A stretch of DNA of 64,000 nucleotides. Origin: an uncultured Holophagales bacterium. GTDB lineage: Bacteria; Acidobacteriota; Thermoanaerobaculia; Multivoradales; UBA5704. Where the stretch lies: positions 64,001-128,000 of the forward strand of contig CAWJGT010000019.1 in assembly GCA_963842525.1 (NCBI GenBank). The letters run 5' to 3'. The position numbers were made by a program, and so were the translations under genes. The notes under the pieces are model-generated. The model had not been told where the DNA came from, did no database searches, and worked only from the letters and a program-made list of their open reading frames with translations. Positions 38,801 through 48,375 of the stretch are shown one piece after another (the first letter of the stretch is position 1; each line of letters opens with the position of its first letter).

Positions 38801-39126
38801 CGGAGAGACCGCCAGAGCCTCTCCTCCGTCTTCCGGTTGATGTCATGGTTGCCGGGGATGACGAAAAGGCGGTCCCGCGAGAGGCCGAGCGCGGAGAGCG
38901 TCTCACCCAGCAGATCGCCCGCCCGCGAGAATTCCCCGGCAAGACCCCAATCCGCCGCATCCCCGGTAAAGCAGACCAGGTCGATCGGCCCGCGGTCCTG
39001 GATATCCTTGAGGTTGTCGAGCCATGCCTGGCCCAGGACACGCCGGCGCCGCCAAGTCTCCTTCTCCCGGGAGCCGCGCTCGTGCAGGTCGGAGAGATGC
39101 AGGAGCCGCAGTTTGTGGCTGGCCAT
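35864..39126 (-). CDS. Metallophosphoesterase + STAND (NB-ARC-like) NTPase + TPR protein (frameshift near 38240)
   Basis: Calcineurin-like HLSDLH, TGDAAD, PGNHD, HHP, GHLH; P-loop GMPGVGKS; Walker B LVHVENVD; GALPLA; C-terminal 41-aa repeats. Confidence 0.88.
36046..36612 (-). repeat. Intragenic 123-bp tandem repeat (about 5 TPR-like units)
   Basis: ctgacccc landmark recurs at about 36236, 36359, 36482 and 36605; unit RGQLDEALKIRQEEELPVFERLGDVRERAVTLGKIADILKS. Confidence 0.9.
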
Positions 39127-39280
39127 GTGCCCTAAGAATATCGGAAGAGCTGTGCCACGGTCTGGGGGGGAAGCCCCGCAGGGGCGCAGGCATAAAGATG
39201 CTATGCAGGGCGAGGGGGTGCAAGAGCGGGGCCGCTGGTTGTATGTTTCGGGGAACTTAGCGTTTGAAAGGGGAACCCCG

Positions 39281-40420
39281 ATGAACCAGACAGCCCAGAA
39301 GGCAGAGTTTACGCGAACGGAGAGAGCATTGCACGTGGCATTGGAGCTGGGCGGTAGCGAGTGGAAGTTGGCTTTTGCTGCGGAGGCTGGCCCGAAACCT
39401 CGGCTGCGCTCGGTGGCGGCCGGGGATCTCAACGGGCTGATGTTGGAGATCGGACGCGCCAAACACCGTTTCGGTTTACCGGAAACAACTCCTGTCGTGA
39501 GTTGCTACGAGGCAGGCCGGGATGGATTCTGGCTTCACCGGTTCTTGCTGCTGGAGGGTGTGGAGAACGTTGTGGTGGACTCCTCGAGCATCGAGGTGAA
39601 TCGTCGGGCTCGGCGGGCGAAGACGGACCGGGTTGACGCTGAGAAGTTGCTGTCGCTGCTGATCCGCTACGCGGCAGGTGAAAGAAAAGTGTTCGGTGTG
39701 GCGCATGCGCCGACGCCGGAGCAGGAGGATGTGCGCCACCTGGGTCGAGAGTTGGAGGGCCTGAAGCAGGAGCGGACGGCCCACACCAATCGGATCAAGT
39801 CCTTGCTGGTGAGCCTTGGAATCCGGGTGAAGGTAGGCAAGGGGTTTGCGCAGCAGTTGGAGCAGTTGCGGCAGTGGAACGGCGAGCCGCTGCTGCCAGT
39901 CTTGCGGGAGCGTCTGCGTCGGGAAGTCGAGCGGCTGGAGCTTCTGGAGAGTCAGATCAAGGAGTTGGAGCAAACTCGGCAGCGGGCCGAAGCCGCGTCC
40001 AGAGAGGGCGGGATGGTGCAGCGGCTGAAAAAGCTCAAGGCCATCGGCGACAACAGCGCCTGGTTGTTCGTCCTGGAATTTTTTGGCTGGCGGCAGTTCC
40101 GGAATCGCCGTGAGGTAGGCAGCTTGGCTGGGTTGACGCCGATGCCCTACAAGAGCGGCACGACGGTGGACCACGAGCAGGGGATCAGTAAGTCCGGCAA
40201 TGTGCGGGTGCGTACGATGTCGATCGAGATCGCCTGGGCGTGGTTGCGGTTCCAGCCGCAGAGCCGCTTGAGCTTATGGTTCCAGGGGCGCTATGGCCCT
40301 GGGAACCGGCGCTCGCGACGGGTAGGGATCGTGGCCCTGGCGCGCAAGCTTCTGACCGCGCTGTGGCGCTACTTGGACCAAGGGATCATTCCTGATGGCG
40401 CTGAGCTGAAGGCCAGGTAA
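39281..40420 (+). CDS. IS110 family transposase/recombinase
   Basis: VALELG, SCYEAGRDGFWLHR, RRAKTDRVDA, FRNRREVGSLAGLTPMPYKSG, GISKSGN, IVALARKL. Confidence 0.95.
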   Translation: MNQTAQKAEFTRTERALHVALELGGSEWKLAFAAEAGPKPRLRSVAAGDLNGLMLEIGRAKHRFGLPETTPVVSCYEAGRDGFWLHRFLLLEGVENVVVDSSSIEVNRRARRAKTDRVDAEKLLSLLIRYAAGERKVFGVAHAPTPEQEDVRHLGRELEGLKQERTAHTNRIKSLLVSLGIRVKVGKGFAQQLEQLRQWNGEPLLPVLRERLRREVERLELLESQIKELEQTRQRAEAASREGGMVQRLKKLKAIGDNSAWLFVLEFFGWRQFRNRREVGSLAGLTPMPYKSGTTVDHEQGISKSGNVRVRTMSIEIAWAWLRFQPQSRLSLWFQGRYGPGNRRSRRVGIVALARKLLTALWRYLDQGIIPDGAELKAR

Positions 40421-40790
40421 GGATCAAGAGGCAGAAAGTGTGACCGCAAAATAGGAGATTTCAGGCTGGGAGGAGCGTGCCCGGCGCCAGGCTGGGTTCG
40501 GTTTCGAGCCGCCATTAAAGATGGGGCCGCTCCGTTTGCTTGCCCGAGTCGCTCGCAGCGCATGCTGCATTTGGTGCCCTCTCCAGGAAATTGAGGGAGG
40601 TCAGCACGGATAGAAGCTTGACGGGGACTACGGTTCCTGGCGCAATCGGCAAGCCCCAGACGGGATCGCATTTGAGGTAGGAGAAACAGCACCTTGCTGC
40701 CGGGGAAGCCCCGGGCAACAAACCTCAGGCGGCATTCAGGAAGGAGACGAAACGCAGACCCACTTACCCGAAACGCTTGACAACGGGGGC
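40421..40790 (+). ncRNA. Candidate bridge/seek RNA region (long 3' non-coding end of the IS110)
   Basis: About 370 bp non-coding stretch inside the IS downstream of the transposase, with hairpins such as ttgctgccgggg-aag-ccccgggcaa; role inferred from IS110/IS1111 biology. Confidence 0.45.
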
Positions 40791-40798
40791 CCACATAG

Positions 40799-40992
40799 AA
40801 GCCTGGGGTTTCAACCCCAGGTTGGGCCACCCCAAACATCCCGAAGTCCCGAAGGGACGCCGGCGAATCCACCACCCTCGCGGGGTTGTCACCCCGCGGC
40901 CATGCCGTCGCCCCTTCAGGGCTGTGGGTCAATATTGGGCCTCGGTCCTGGGGTTGAAACCCCAGGCTTTACGCCTATGCCCCTTCGGGGCT
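40799..40992. repeat. REP-like palindromic element (cctggggtttcaaccccagg family), interrupted by IS110
   Basis: gcctggggtttcaaccccagg ... cctggggttgaaaccccaggc; also ccgaagggacg / cgtcgccccttcagg; remainder of the left arm at 39171-39194. Confidence 0.8.
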
Positions 40993-41154
40993 CCTCACGA
41001 GGCCCCGGTGATCGCCCGAACCTTCGAGGGCTTCCTTCCCGCGGCAGGTGTGCGTTTCTGTCAAACTCAGAGGGGTCGGCAAGCAACAGATGCCGTGTCC
41101 GCGGACCGCCGAGCCATGGCGGCCCGGCATGTGCCGCGGAGGAGGAGGGAAGGT

Positions 41155-41442
41155 ATGTCTCGTCGCCATGTCTCTTGTCTCGTTCTGATTGGAGTCCTGA
41201 TCTCGACCCTGGCGTTTGCCGGACCCGTCCATGCCCAAGCCGCGGACCAAAGCGGATCGGCCGGCGTTCTGGGATGGTTCAGCAGCCTGTGGAATAGTGT
41301 TGTGGCTGCGATCTGGCCTGCCACGGCGGCACCGACCTCAGACTGCGGCCCTGGAGTTTGATCCGAACGGCTGCCCACCTCCAGGAGTGCGGCTCAAGCG
41401 GGCCAAGGGGACATTGGCCCGGGCTTCGACCCCAACGGTTAG
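41155..41442 (+). CDS. Small secreted precursor peptide with two DxGPGFDPNG repeats (compensating frameshifts)
   Basis: RBS ggaggaggga; signal MSRRHVSCLVLIGVLISTLAFAGPVHA; WFSSLWNSVVAAIW; DCGPG then FDPNGC in the +1 frame; DIGPGFDPNG* back in the original frame. Confidence 0.75.
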
Positions 41443-41567
41443 GCAAGCCGGAGCCGTCGATGCGGGGCGCGCGGCCCTGTGGTGAAGTCGCCCGGGTGGA
41501 AAGCCTGCACACGAGGCGCAGCCTTGTGAGAGAATCTTCGCGTCAGCTAAAGCCAAGGAGAGCATCG

Positions 41568-42810
41568 GTGAGCGAACACGAGCACGTGGCCCGGATGAGT
41601 CCGCAATCTCGAAGGGGGACTTCCCCGGACCAGCAAGGGCCATCTTGCAAAAGCTTAAAGTCTCCAGCAAGCCTGCTGGAGTTGCCTGCTGCACACGCAC
41701 GCCATCGGGCGGCTCTAGAGAGCGGAAGCGCCCAGTTTCTGGGACCCTGGCGTTCGCTGAGACGGGTGGGGGCGTTCTCGCCCTCACTTGGAAAGGCGAC
41801 ATGGCTCTGACAGGTCTAGGGGTTTACGAGGCTCTGCTGGCGCAAGCTTGGGCTGTCCGCCTTCACGATCCTGAAGAGATGGTCCACTTGGCAAGGCTGC
41901 TCTCCAACTTGCCGAGGCGTTCGATCCACACAAGCATGGGACGCGACAGGTGGCCGACCTCCAAGCGCGAGCTTGGGGCGAGTTGGCCAACGCCTACCGT
42001 GTCGCTGACCGCCACAAGGCTGCGGCGGATCTTTCGGAAAAGCCATGCTATTATTCAGCAGGGAACGGGTGACCTCTTCCTGCATATTCGGTTGTTCGAC
42101 CTTGAGTGTTCCCTTCATGGGGCCACGCGGAAGTATCGTTTTGCCCTAGAAAAGACTGTCCTTGCTTCCTGAAATGTACCGCCGCATCGGCGAGTTCCAT
42201 CTTGCTGGGCGTGCGCTCATCATACAGAGCGCTTTATACGTTCTATAGTGGCAAGGCTGAAGAGGCGGTACGCCTCAACACGGCAGGCCTCAACTTGATA
42301 GACCAGGTTCGGGATCCCATTCTGTTCATGATGGCGGTGCACAACCAGCTTCTCTTTCTTGTAGATCTCGGCCAGTGTGACAAGGCGAAGCGTGTCCTGT
42401 TTGAAAATCGCCAGCATCTTTTGTACGAGAATCGGATTAGGGCCCTGAGGCTTCGGTGGCTGGAGGCCCGGATCAGCTATGGTCTCCAGGAGCTGTTGAG
42501 CGCGGAAATCGCTTTCCGGGAGACACGGGACGGCCTTGCCAAGCTCGACCTCATGTTCCACTCAGGCCTCGCCTCGCTCGAGCACGCCATGGTCCTGCTG
42601 GTCCAGGGGCACTTCGAAGAGGCGGAAAATGAGGTGCAGGACGTCCTGGAAGTTTTTATCGGCTCTGATTTCAACATCGAGTACCTGGGTGCGGTGAGCT
42701 TTCTCCGCGAAACATTTCGGCTGCGCGTCATAACGCCGGATTTCATGGAAACGACAGTGGCCCATATCCGTCGCACGGAAATCGAGCTCGGGATACGGCC
42801 AACGTTATGA
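41568..42810 (+). pseudogene. TPR-like protein related to the HTH-TPR C-terminal region, multiple frameshifts
   Basis: Fragments EALLAQAWAVRLHDPEEMVHLA, RAWGELANAYRVAD, and LRLRWLEARISYGL...AFRETRDG...GLASLEHAMVLL (compare VRTLWLEG...ALASLDVALLY in copies A/B); start uncertain. Confidence 0.65.
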
Positions 42811-43297
42811 GTTACCCTGACCACATCGTAGTACGACCCGCCACCCAGGCCGACAAGGCCTTCGTGCTCGCCCTCGTGCCCAGGCTGCGAGCGTTCGGTC
42901 CCTCCGTTTTGCGGCCTCTCGAAGCGCTCGACGCCAAGGAGACGCGGGTGCTCGGGCAGGCTTTCGATGCGTTGCCTGCCGGCGCGGTTCTCCTGATCGC
43001 TGAAGACCCGAACGACGGCCCGCTCGGTGTCGCCTATGCGGAGACGGCGGCCGACTACTTCACCGAGGAAGAGCACGGCCATCTGGCGATCCTTGCCGTT
43101 GCCGAAGCGGGAGAAGGCCGGGGCGTCGGGCGTGCGCTGCTCGCTGCCGTGGAGGGTTGGTCGGCGGATCAGGGATACCGGTTTCTCACTCTCAGTGTCT
43201 TTTCAGGGAAATACCAGGGCCCGATCGGTTTACGAGCGGAACGGCTACGAGCCCGATTTACATTCGGTACGTCAAGGAGATCGGCAGGACGCGGTAG
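42807..43297 (+). CDS. GNAT family N-acetyltransferase (frameshifts near the 3' end)
   Basis: VRPATQAD, LAVAEAGEGRGVGRALL; NTRARSVYERNGY in a shifted frame. Confidence 0.85.
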
Positions 43298-43301
43298 AAG
43301 A

Positions 43302-43466
43302 TCCTCACCCCCTAGCCCCCTCTCCCATCTCCCTTCCACCCCCCTCCGGGAGAGGGGGAACGCATCCTGGGCTGCCGTGCCTGACCTCGCCAAACCGCCC
43401 CAGCAAGGTTCCCCCTCTCCCGGGGTAGGGAGGGTGGGAGATGGGAGAGGGGGCCAGGGGGTGAGG
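43302..43466. repeat. REP-like inverted repeat element
   Basis: tcctcaccccctagccccctctcccatctccc ... gggagatgggagagggggccagggggtgagga; same family as 22829-22982. Confidence 0.8.
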
Positions 43467-43509
43467 ACCTTTGGCCCCGCCTGCACCAGGATTTCCAAAC
43501 GCTCTTGGT

Positions 43510-44046
43510 TCAGCCTTCGCCGTTTTCCCGCTCCAGGCCGGACGGCTCGGCGGCCGGTGAGGGGGCGACGGCCTTGCTGGCCTTCTCCTTGGCCTCGAAC
43601 AGCTCCCGCACCTCGCTCCGGAGGCTCTCCAGCATCTTTTCGATGTCCTGGCGCGGCAGGGCAGCAACCTCTTGCCTCTCTTCCCGTTTCGGCTCCGGCG
43701 CTTTCTCCGGGGGGCCGACGACGCGCGGCGGACGCGGCTGGAGGCGCTCCAGCATGCGGCGCAGCCGTTCTCCTGCAGAGCTGGCCGCGGCCGGCTCGGC
43801 ATAGGCGAGCTCGAAGAACTCCCAGAACTCGAGCCCGACCGCCCGGACGACCTTCAGGATGAATTCGAGCTTGGGCTCTCCATCACCCTTGAAGTTTTTG
43901 ACCGTGGTGGCGTGATTGAGGCCGGCGCGCCGCTCGATATCGCGGTTCGTGTACCCAAGCATCCGCACAAGGGTGCGGAGCACGTCCATCAGGCGCTGCA
44001 CCTCTTCCTGGATGGACTCCTCGTCCACTTGCTCTGTGTTCTTCAT
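43510..44046 (-). CDS. XRE-like HTH protein
   Basis: LRTLVRMLGYTNRDIERRAGLNHATTVKNFKGDGEPKLEFILKVVRAVGLEFWEFF. Confidence 0.75.
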   Translation of the reverse strand: MKNTEQVDEESIQEEVQRLMDVLRTLVRMLGYTNRDIERRAGLNHATTVKNFKGDGEPKLEFILKVVRAVGLEFWEFFELAYAEPAAASSAGERLRRMLERLQPRPPRVVGPPEKAPEPKREERQEVAALPRQDIEKMLESLRSEVRELFEAKEKASKAVAPSPAAEPSGLERENGEG

Positions 44047-44200
44047 GGAGAGAGTCTAGGGCGGTCTTGTTGCGGAATCAAGAGTCGCCGTTAGATTTTT
44101 CTTAACGCACTGCAAGGACCGCTGGTATAACAGCGGCGCAGCGATTTCCGGAGCCAAGAATTTACGCCTGTGACGAAGAGCCGCTCACGCGGCCGGAGCA

Positions 44201-44560
44201 CCAGCGTTTCCAGGTCGTCCGGATCGGCGGCAGGTCCGAAGATCCAGCGTTTCCAGGTCGTCCGGATCGGCGGCAGCTCCGAAGATCCGGCAGACATCGC
44301 TCTCCAGGACGTTTGAAGGACCCGCGGTCCGCGTCACCGGGACCACGAAGCGCGGCGCCGGACTTGCGCTCCCCGCGGGCGCGGACCGCAGGTCCCGTGA
44401 CTGGACCCGGCAGTAAGCGTCTGGACCTACGGTCCGCGTCACAGGGAGCACGGTCCGCATGACTGGACGCACGGTCTGCAGAGCCGGACCGGCGGCCCCA
44501 GTCACCCGGAGCGGAAGACGGCGACGGGCTTGGCGGTCCGGGTCACCGGCACCGGGAAAC
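44201..44560. repeat. 43-bp tandem duplication followed by a degenerate 21-bp array
   Basis: ccagcgtttccaggtcgtccggatcggcggcag(g/c)tccgaagat twice; then units ggtccgcgtcacagggagcac, ggtccgcatgactggacgcac, ggtctgcagagccggaccggc at 44431, 44452, 44473. Confidence 0.75.
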
Positions 44561-44644
44561 GCGCGGCCGGGCTCGCGAGACGCAGAGGGCTCAGTTGTCG
44601 CGGCGCTGGGTGGGATACCGGCCGCGGATGTTCTGTGAGATGAA

Positions 44645-44826
44645 CCCTTTCCCCCGGGAGAGGGGGGAAAAGACACTGCCAAAGTAGTTTTTGGGCGGGG
44701 GCTCCCCTCTCCCGGACGGGTGTGAGTGCGGGTGGGAGAGGGGCCGGGGGTGAGGGGCCAGGGCGGCCGGGCGGAGGCGCCCCTCTCCCGCTCGGGGTGG
44801 GGGGCGGTGGCCGCGCGGGGGAGGGG
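44645..44826. repeat. Cluster of REP-like palindromes
   Basis: cccctctcccggacggg...gggagaggggccgggggtgaggg and ccctctcccgctcgggg...gcgcgggggagggg. Confidence 0.75.
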
Positions 44827-45849
44827 CTACAGGATCGTGCCCGTGAGCATGATCTCGATGATGGGCTTCTTGGGGCTGTCCGTGTGGAGCGTGATCTTGT
44901 CGTTGATCGGCCCCTTGCCCATCTCGGGCTTCAGGGTGAGCTGCACCTGGTACTCGCGGCCTTCCTGGAGCGCCTCGATCTTGGCGTCGATGCCCTTGAC
45001 GGTGTCGACGCTGGTGATCCGGATCGGCTCGGTGGAGAAGGCGCGGACGTTGATGACCGTCTTCCTGGGCTCGGTGAGCTCGAGGCTGCCGAAGTTGGCG
45101 GTCGGCGGGGTGACGGCGATCACCGGCCGGACGAAGCCGGAGATGGGGATCTGCACCAGCTTCTGCCGCGGATGGTTGATGTGGACGAGCAGGAAGCCGG
45201 TCAGCGCGCCGACCGGAGCCGCGTCGTGGTCGAGCGTCATGTCGATCTTCCACTGCCGGCCCGGGGCATCGGCGTTCCGCTCCTCGGCCGTGGCTTCATG
45301 GAAAGCCACTTTGAGGTACGGGTAGGGCGACTCGACCTTGACGATCTCCAAGGGAGCGCCCTCCGGCGACCAGAGGCTCTGGACGATGCTGCCCTTGGCC
45401 TTCTCGCCCTGGACGGTGATGTAGCGGGCGTAGCCGGGCTTGACCTGGACGAACGGCTCGACGGTGGCGCGGACGGTGAGCTCGATCTGGGGGTTATCCG
45501 GATCGCTGGTGAAGACGGTGACCCCCTTGGCGACCGGTCCGTTGAAGGTGGCCGTATCGACTTCGACGTTGACCTTGCCGGTCTGCCCGGGTGCGATGGT
45601 GCGGTCGAATTTCGCGACGGTGCAGCCGCAGGACGCCCGCACGTCCGTGATCTCGAGCGGCGTCTTGCCCTCGTTGCGGATCTCGAAGTCGTGGGCGACC
45701 TTGTCCCCCTTCGGCACCACCCCCACGTCCTTGATCGGCTCGGCGACGACGGCCTTGGGACCGGCGGGAGCGCCCTGGGCGAGCAGGGAGGCCGCGACGA
45801 GCATGACGGCGCAGAGTGTCAGAATGGCGGTTTTCAGGTGACGTTTCAT
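44827..45849 (-). CDS. DUF1573 domain-containing secreted protein
   Basis: Signal peptide; HDFEIRNEGKTPLEITDVRASCGCT; IAPGQTG; VTVFTSDP; repeated Ig-like modules. Confidence 0.85.
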   Translation of the reverse strand: MKRHLKTAILTLCAVMLVAASLLAQGAPAGPKAVVAEPIKDVGVVPKGDKVAHDFEIRNEGKTPLEITDVRASCGCTVAKFDRTIAPGQTGKVNVEVDTATFNGPVAKGVTVFTSDPDNPQIELTVRATVEPFVQVKPGYARYITVQGEKAKGSIVQSLWSPEGAPLEIVKVESPYPYLKVAFHEATAEERNADAPGRQWKIDMTLDHDAAPVGALTGFLLVHINHPRQKLVQIPISGFVRPVIAVTPPTANFGSLELTEPRKTVINVRAFSTEPIRITSVDTVKGIDAKIEALQEGREYQVQLTLKPEMGKGPINDKITLHTDSPKKPIIEIMLTGTIL

Positions 45850-45927
45850 ACGGCCGCTCCTTTGAAGACAGCTTGTGAAGCCTCAGGGGAATGCTACACT
45901 CGGCCCCTTTAAACGAGAAGAACCCGC

Positions 45928-47356
45928 GTGAAATTCCGGCAGCTCGACATCTATTGCCTCGCGATCGGCGGTACGGGGATGGCTCCGCTTGCCTGTCTTC
46001 TGCAAGCGCAGGGCCATCGTGTCCGTGGCACGGACGGCCCCCTGTACCCACCCATGTCCACCCTTCTCGAGGCGGCTGGGGTCAATCCTTCCGTCGGGTA
46101 CGACCCTGCCCACCTCGAGCCCCGGCCCGACCTGGTGGTGGTCGGCAACGCCATCCATCGCAACAACCCCGAGGCGGTCGAGGCTGAACGGCTCGGTCTC
46201 GAGCGGATCTCGATGCCGCAGGCGCTGGCGCGCTTCTTCCTGGAGCACCACCGGCCGCTGGTGGTGGCGGGGACGCATGGCAAGACGACGACCACGGCCA
46301 TGGCCGCCTGGGTATACACGGCCTGCGGCGCGGATCCCGGCTATCTGATCGGCGGCGCGCCGCAGGACCTGCCGGCCAGCTTCCGCGACGGCGCCGGCGA
46401 GCGTTTCGTCATCGAGGGGGACGAGTACAACGCGGCCTATTTCGACCGCGGCCCCAAGTTCCTGCACTACCGGCCGGACACGCTGATCCTCACCAGCGCC
46501 GAGTACGACCACGCCGACCTCTACCCCACGCCGGAGGCACTGTTCGCGGCGTTCGGAAGCCTGATCGACATCGTGCCCGCCAGCGGGCTGCTGGTCGCCT
46601 GCGGCGATTCGGCGCAGGTCCGCGAGCTGGCGGCGCGGGCGCGCTGCCGGGTGGTCTTCTACGGGCTCGACCAAGGGAATGAAATCCGGCCGGCCGGCCC
46701 GGTCGAGGCGCTGCCCGAGGCGAGCCGCTTCCGGGTGCTCGACCCGGAGGCCGGCGAGGTCGAGGTGACGCTGCCGCTCGCCGGCGAGCACAACGTCTCG
46801 AACGCGCTGGCGGTCTGGGCCGCGGCACGGCGCGACGGCCTGCCCGCGGCCGACGTCGCCGCGGCGTTCGGCCGTTTCCATGGCGTCAAGCGGCGGCTGG
46901 AAGAGCTGGGGACCGGCCGGGGCGTGACCGTGGTGGACGACTTCGCGCACCATCCGACCGCGGTGGACAAGACCCTCGGCGCGCTGCGCCAGCGCTATCC
47001 CGGGCGCCGCATCGTGGTGCTCTTCGAGCCACGGAGCCTGACGGCCGGCCGCGCCTTCTTCTTCGAGCCCTATCGGAGGGCCTTCGCCGGGGCCGACCGG
47101 GTGCTCTTCGCACCCACCTTCCACCACGAGCGGCTGGCACCCGAGGACAGGCTGGACTTCGGAGCGCTCGCCGCCGCGCTCCGCGCCGCCGGGGTGCCCG
47201 ACGACGCTCTGCGAGACCACGGACGAGGTTCTGCGTCGGGCCCTGGACGAGGCCCGCGACGGCGACGTCCTGGTCACCATGTCCTCCGGCTCGTTCGACG
47301 GCATGCCTCACCGGCTGGTGGAGTGGATGGCGGCCCCGGTGCCGCAGGCGCGGTAG
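45928..47356 (+). CDS. mpl: Murein peptide ligase (Mpl/MurC family), frameshift near 47200
   Basis: IGGTGM, YPPMST, VAGTHGKTTTT, IEGDEY, GVKRRLE, DDFAHHPTA, FEPRS; tail MSSGSFDG in a shifted frame. Confidence 0.85.
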
Positions 47357-47365
47357 CTGCGCCAA

Positions 47366-47443
47366 AAGGACGCCAAGGACAACAAGGACAAGCAAGGACA
47401 ACAGGAGAAGCGTCCCTGTTGTCCTTGGCGTCCTTGTCCTTGT
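47366..47443. repeat. Inverted repeat built of 9-bp caaggacNN units
   Basis: aaggacgccaaggacaacaaggac ... gtccctgttgtccttggcgtccttgtccttg. Confidence 0.8.
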
Positions 47444-47946
47444 TACGCAGCAGTGACCATGGACGCCAGGATCTCTTCGAGCCTGTCGTAGCTCGCCTCC
47501 ACGCCGCTCTCCATGCCGGACTTGAGGACGCCGTCGCGCGCCTCTTGAGACTCGTAGACCAGCGTCTGCGTGAGGGTGGTCCTTCCGTCCTTCTCGTCGA
47601 AGGCGACCGTGCCTACGGCCTCGCCCGGGTACCAGGACTCGTCGAACTTCTCGGTGGAGACGATCCGCTCGGGCCGCACGATCTCGCGGTAGACGCCGCC
47701 CATCCCCATCTCGGTCCCGTCATTGTCACGCCGCCATACCCACCGGTAGGTGCCGCCCACCCTCAGGTCGACCTCGCACACGGTCATCGACCATCCCGGA
47801 AGGCCCCCCAGCCACCGCTTGAGCAGCTCAGGCCGGGTGAAAGCTTCGAAGACCATGGTGCGGGGCGCGTTGAAGGCGCGGGTCATTACGATCTCGCGCT
47901 CTCCCTGGGCAGTGACTTGCAATCCTCCGTCGTTCTTCATGGGCAA
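47443..47946 (-). CDS. SRPBCC/AHSA1 family protein
   Basis: EREIVMTRAFNAPRTMVFEAFTRPELLKRW, EVDLRVGGTYR, YREIVRPERIV. Confidence 0.9.
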   Translation of the reverse strand: MPMKNDGGLQVTAQGEREIVMTRAFNAPRTMVFEAFTRPELLKRWLGGLPGWSMTVCEVDLRVGGTYRWVWRRDNDGTEMGMGGVYREIVRPERIVSTEKFDESWYPGEAVGTVAFDEKDGRTTLTQTLVYESQEARDGVLKSGMESGVEASYDRLEEILASMVTAA

Positions 47947-47952
47947 TCTCCT

Positions 47953-48330
47953 TTATTTCCTGGTGCGTGAAGGTTTTTTCGGCTTCGTCTTCATCTCGTC
48001 GAGCAGGGCGTCGAGCTGCTGGAACCTGGCCTCCCAGAACTGGCGGTAGCCCTCCAGCCACTCGGTGGCCTCCGCGAGCGGTTGGGCCTCCAGCCGGCAC
48101 GGCCGTCGCTGCGCGTCGCGGCCGCGCGAGATCAGGCCGGCGCGTTCCAGCACCTTGAGATGCTTGGAGATCGCCGGTTGGCTCATCGCGAACGGCTCGG
48201 CCAGCTCCGTGACCGACGCCTCACCCGAGGCGAGCCGGGCCAGGATCGCCCGTCGCGTGGGATCGGCGAGCGCCGCGAACGTCGCGTCGAGGTGGTTCGG
48301 GGGGAGGAATTCATAACTCGTCGGTTCCAT
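47953..48330 (-). CDS. ArsR/SmtB family transcriptional regulator
   Basis: LDATFAALADPTRRAILARL, SQPAISKHLKVLERAGLI. Confidence 0.93.
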   Translation of the reverse strand: MEPTSYEFLPPNHLDATFAALADPTRRAILARLASGEASVTELAEPFAMSQPAISKHLKVLERAGLISRGRDAQRRPCRLEAQPLAEATEWLEGYRQFWEARFQQLDALLDEMKTKPKKPSRTRK

Positions 48331-48375
48331 AACCGATATGTTATGGAAGAGGAGGGGCGGTGTCAAGCGCCCGAG

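Larger units (their letters stand above)
39191..40798 (+). mobile_element. IS110-family insertion sequence
   Basis: CATA at both junctions (39191 and 40794); TTGACA just inside the right end; removing the element restores a REP arm matching the reverse complement of 40947-40992. Confidence 0.85.

Noticed and set aside
41341-41442. Selenocysteine or readthrough at TGA 41359-41361
   Set aside because: The +1 frame restores the FDPNG core, so compensating indels explain it better.
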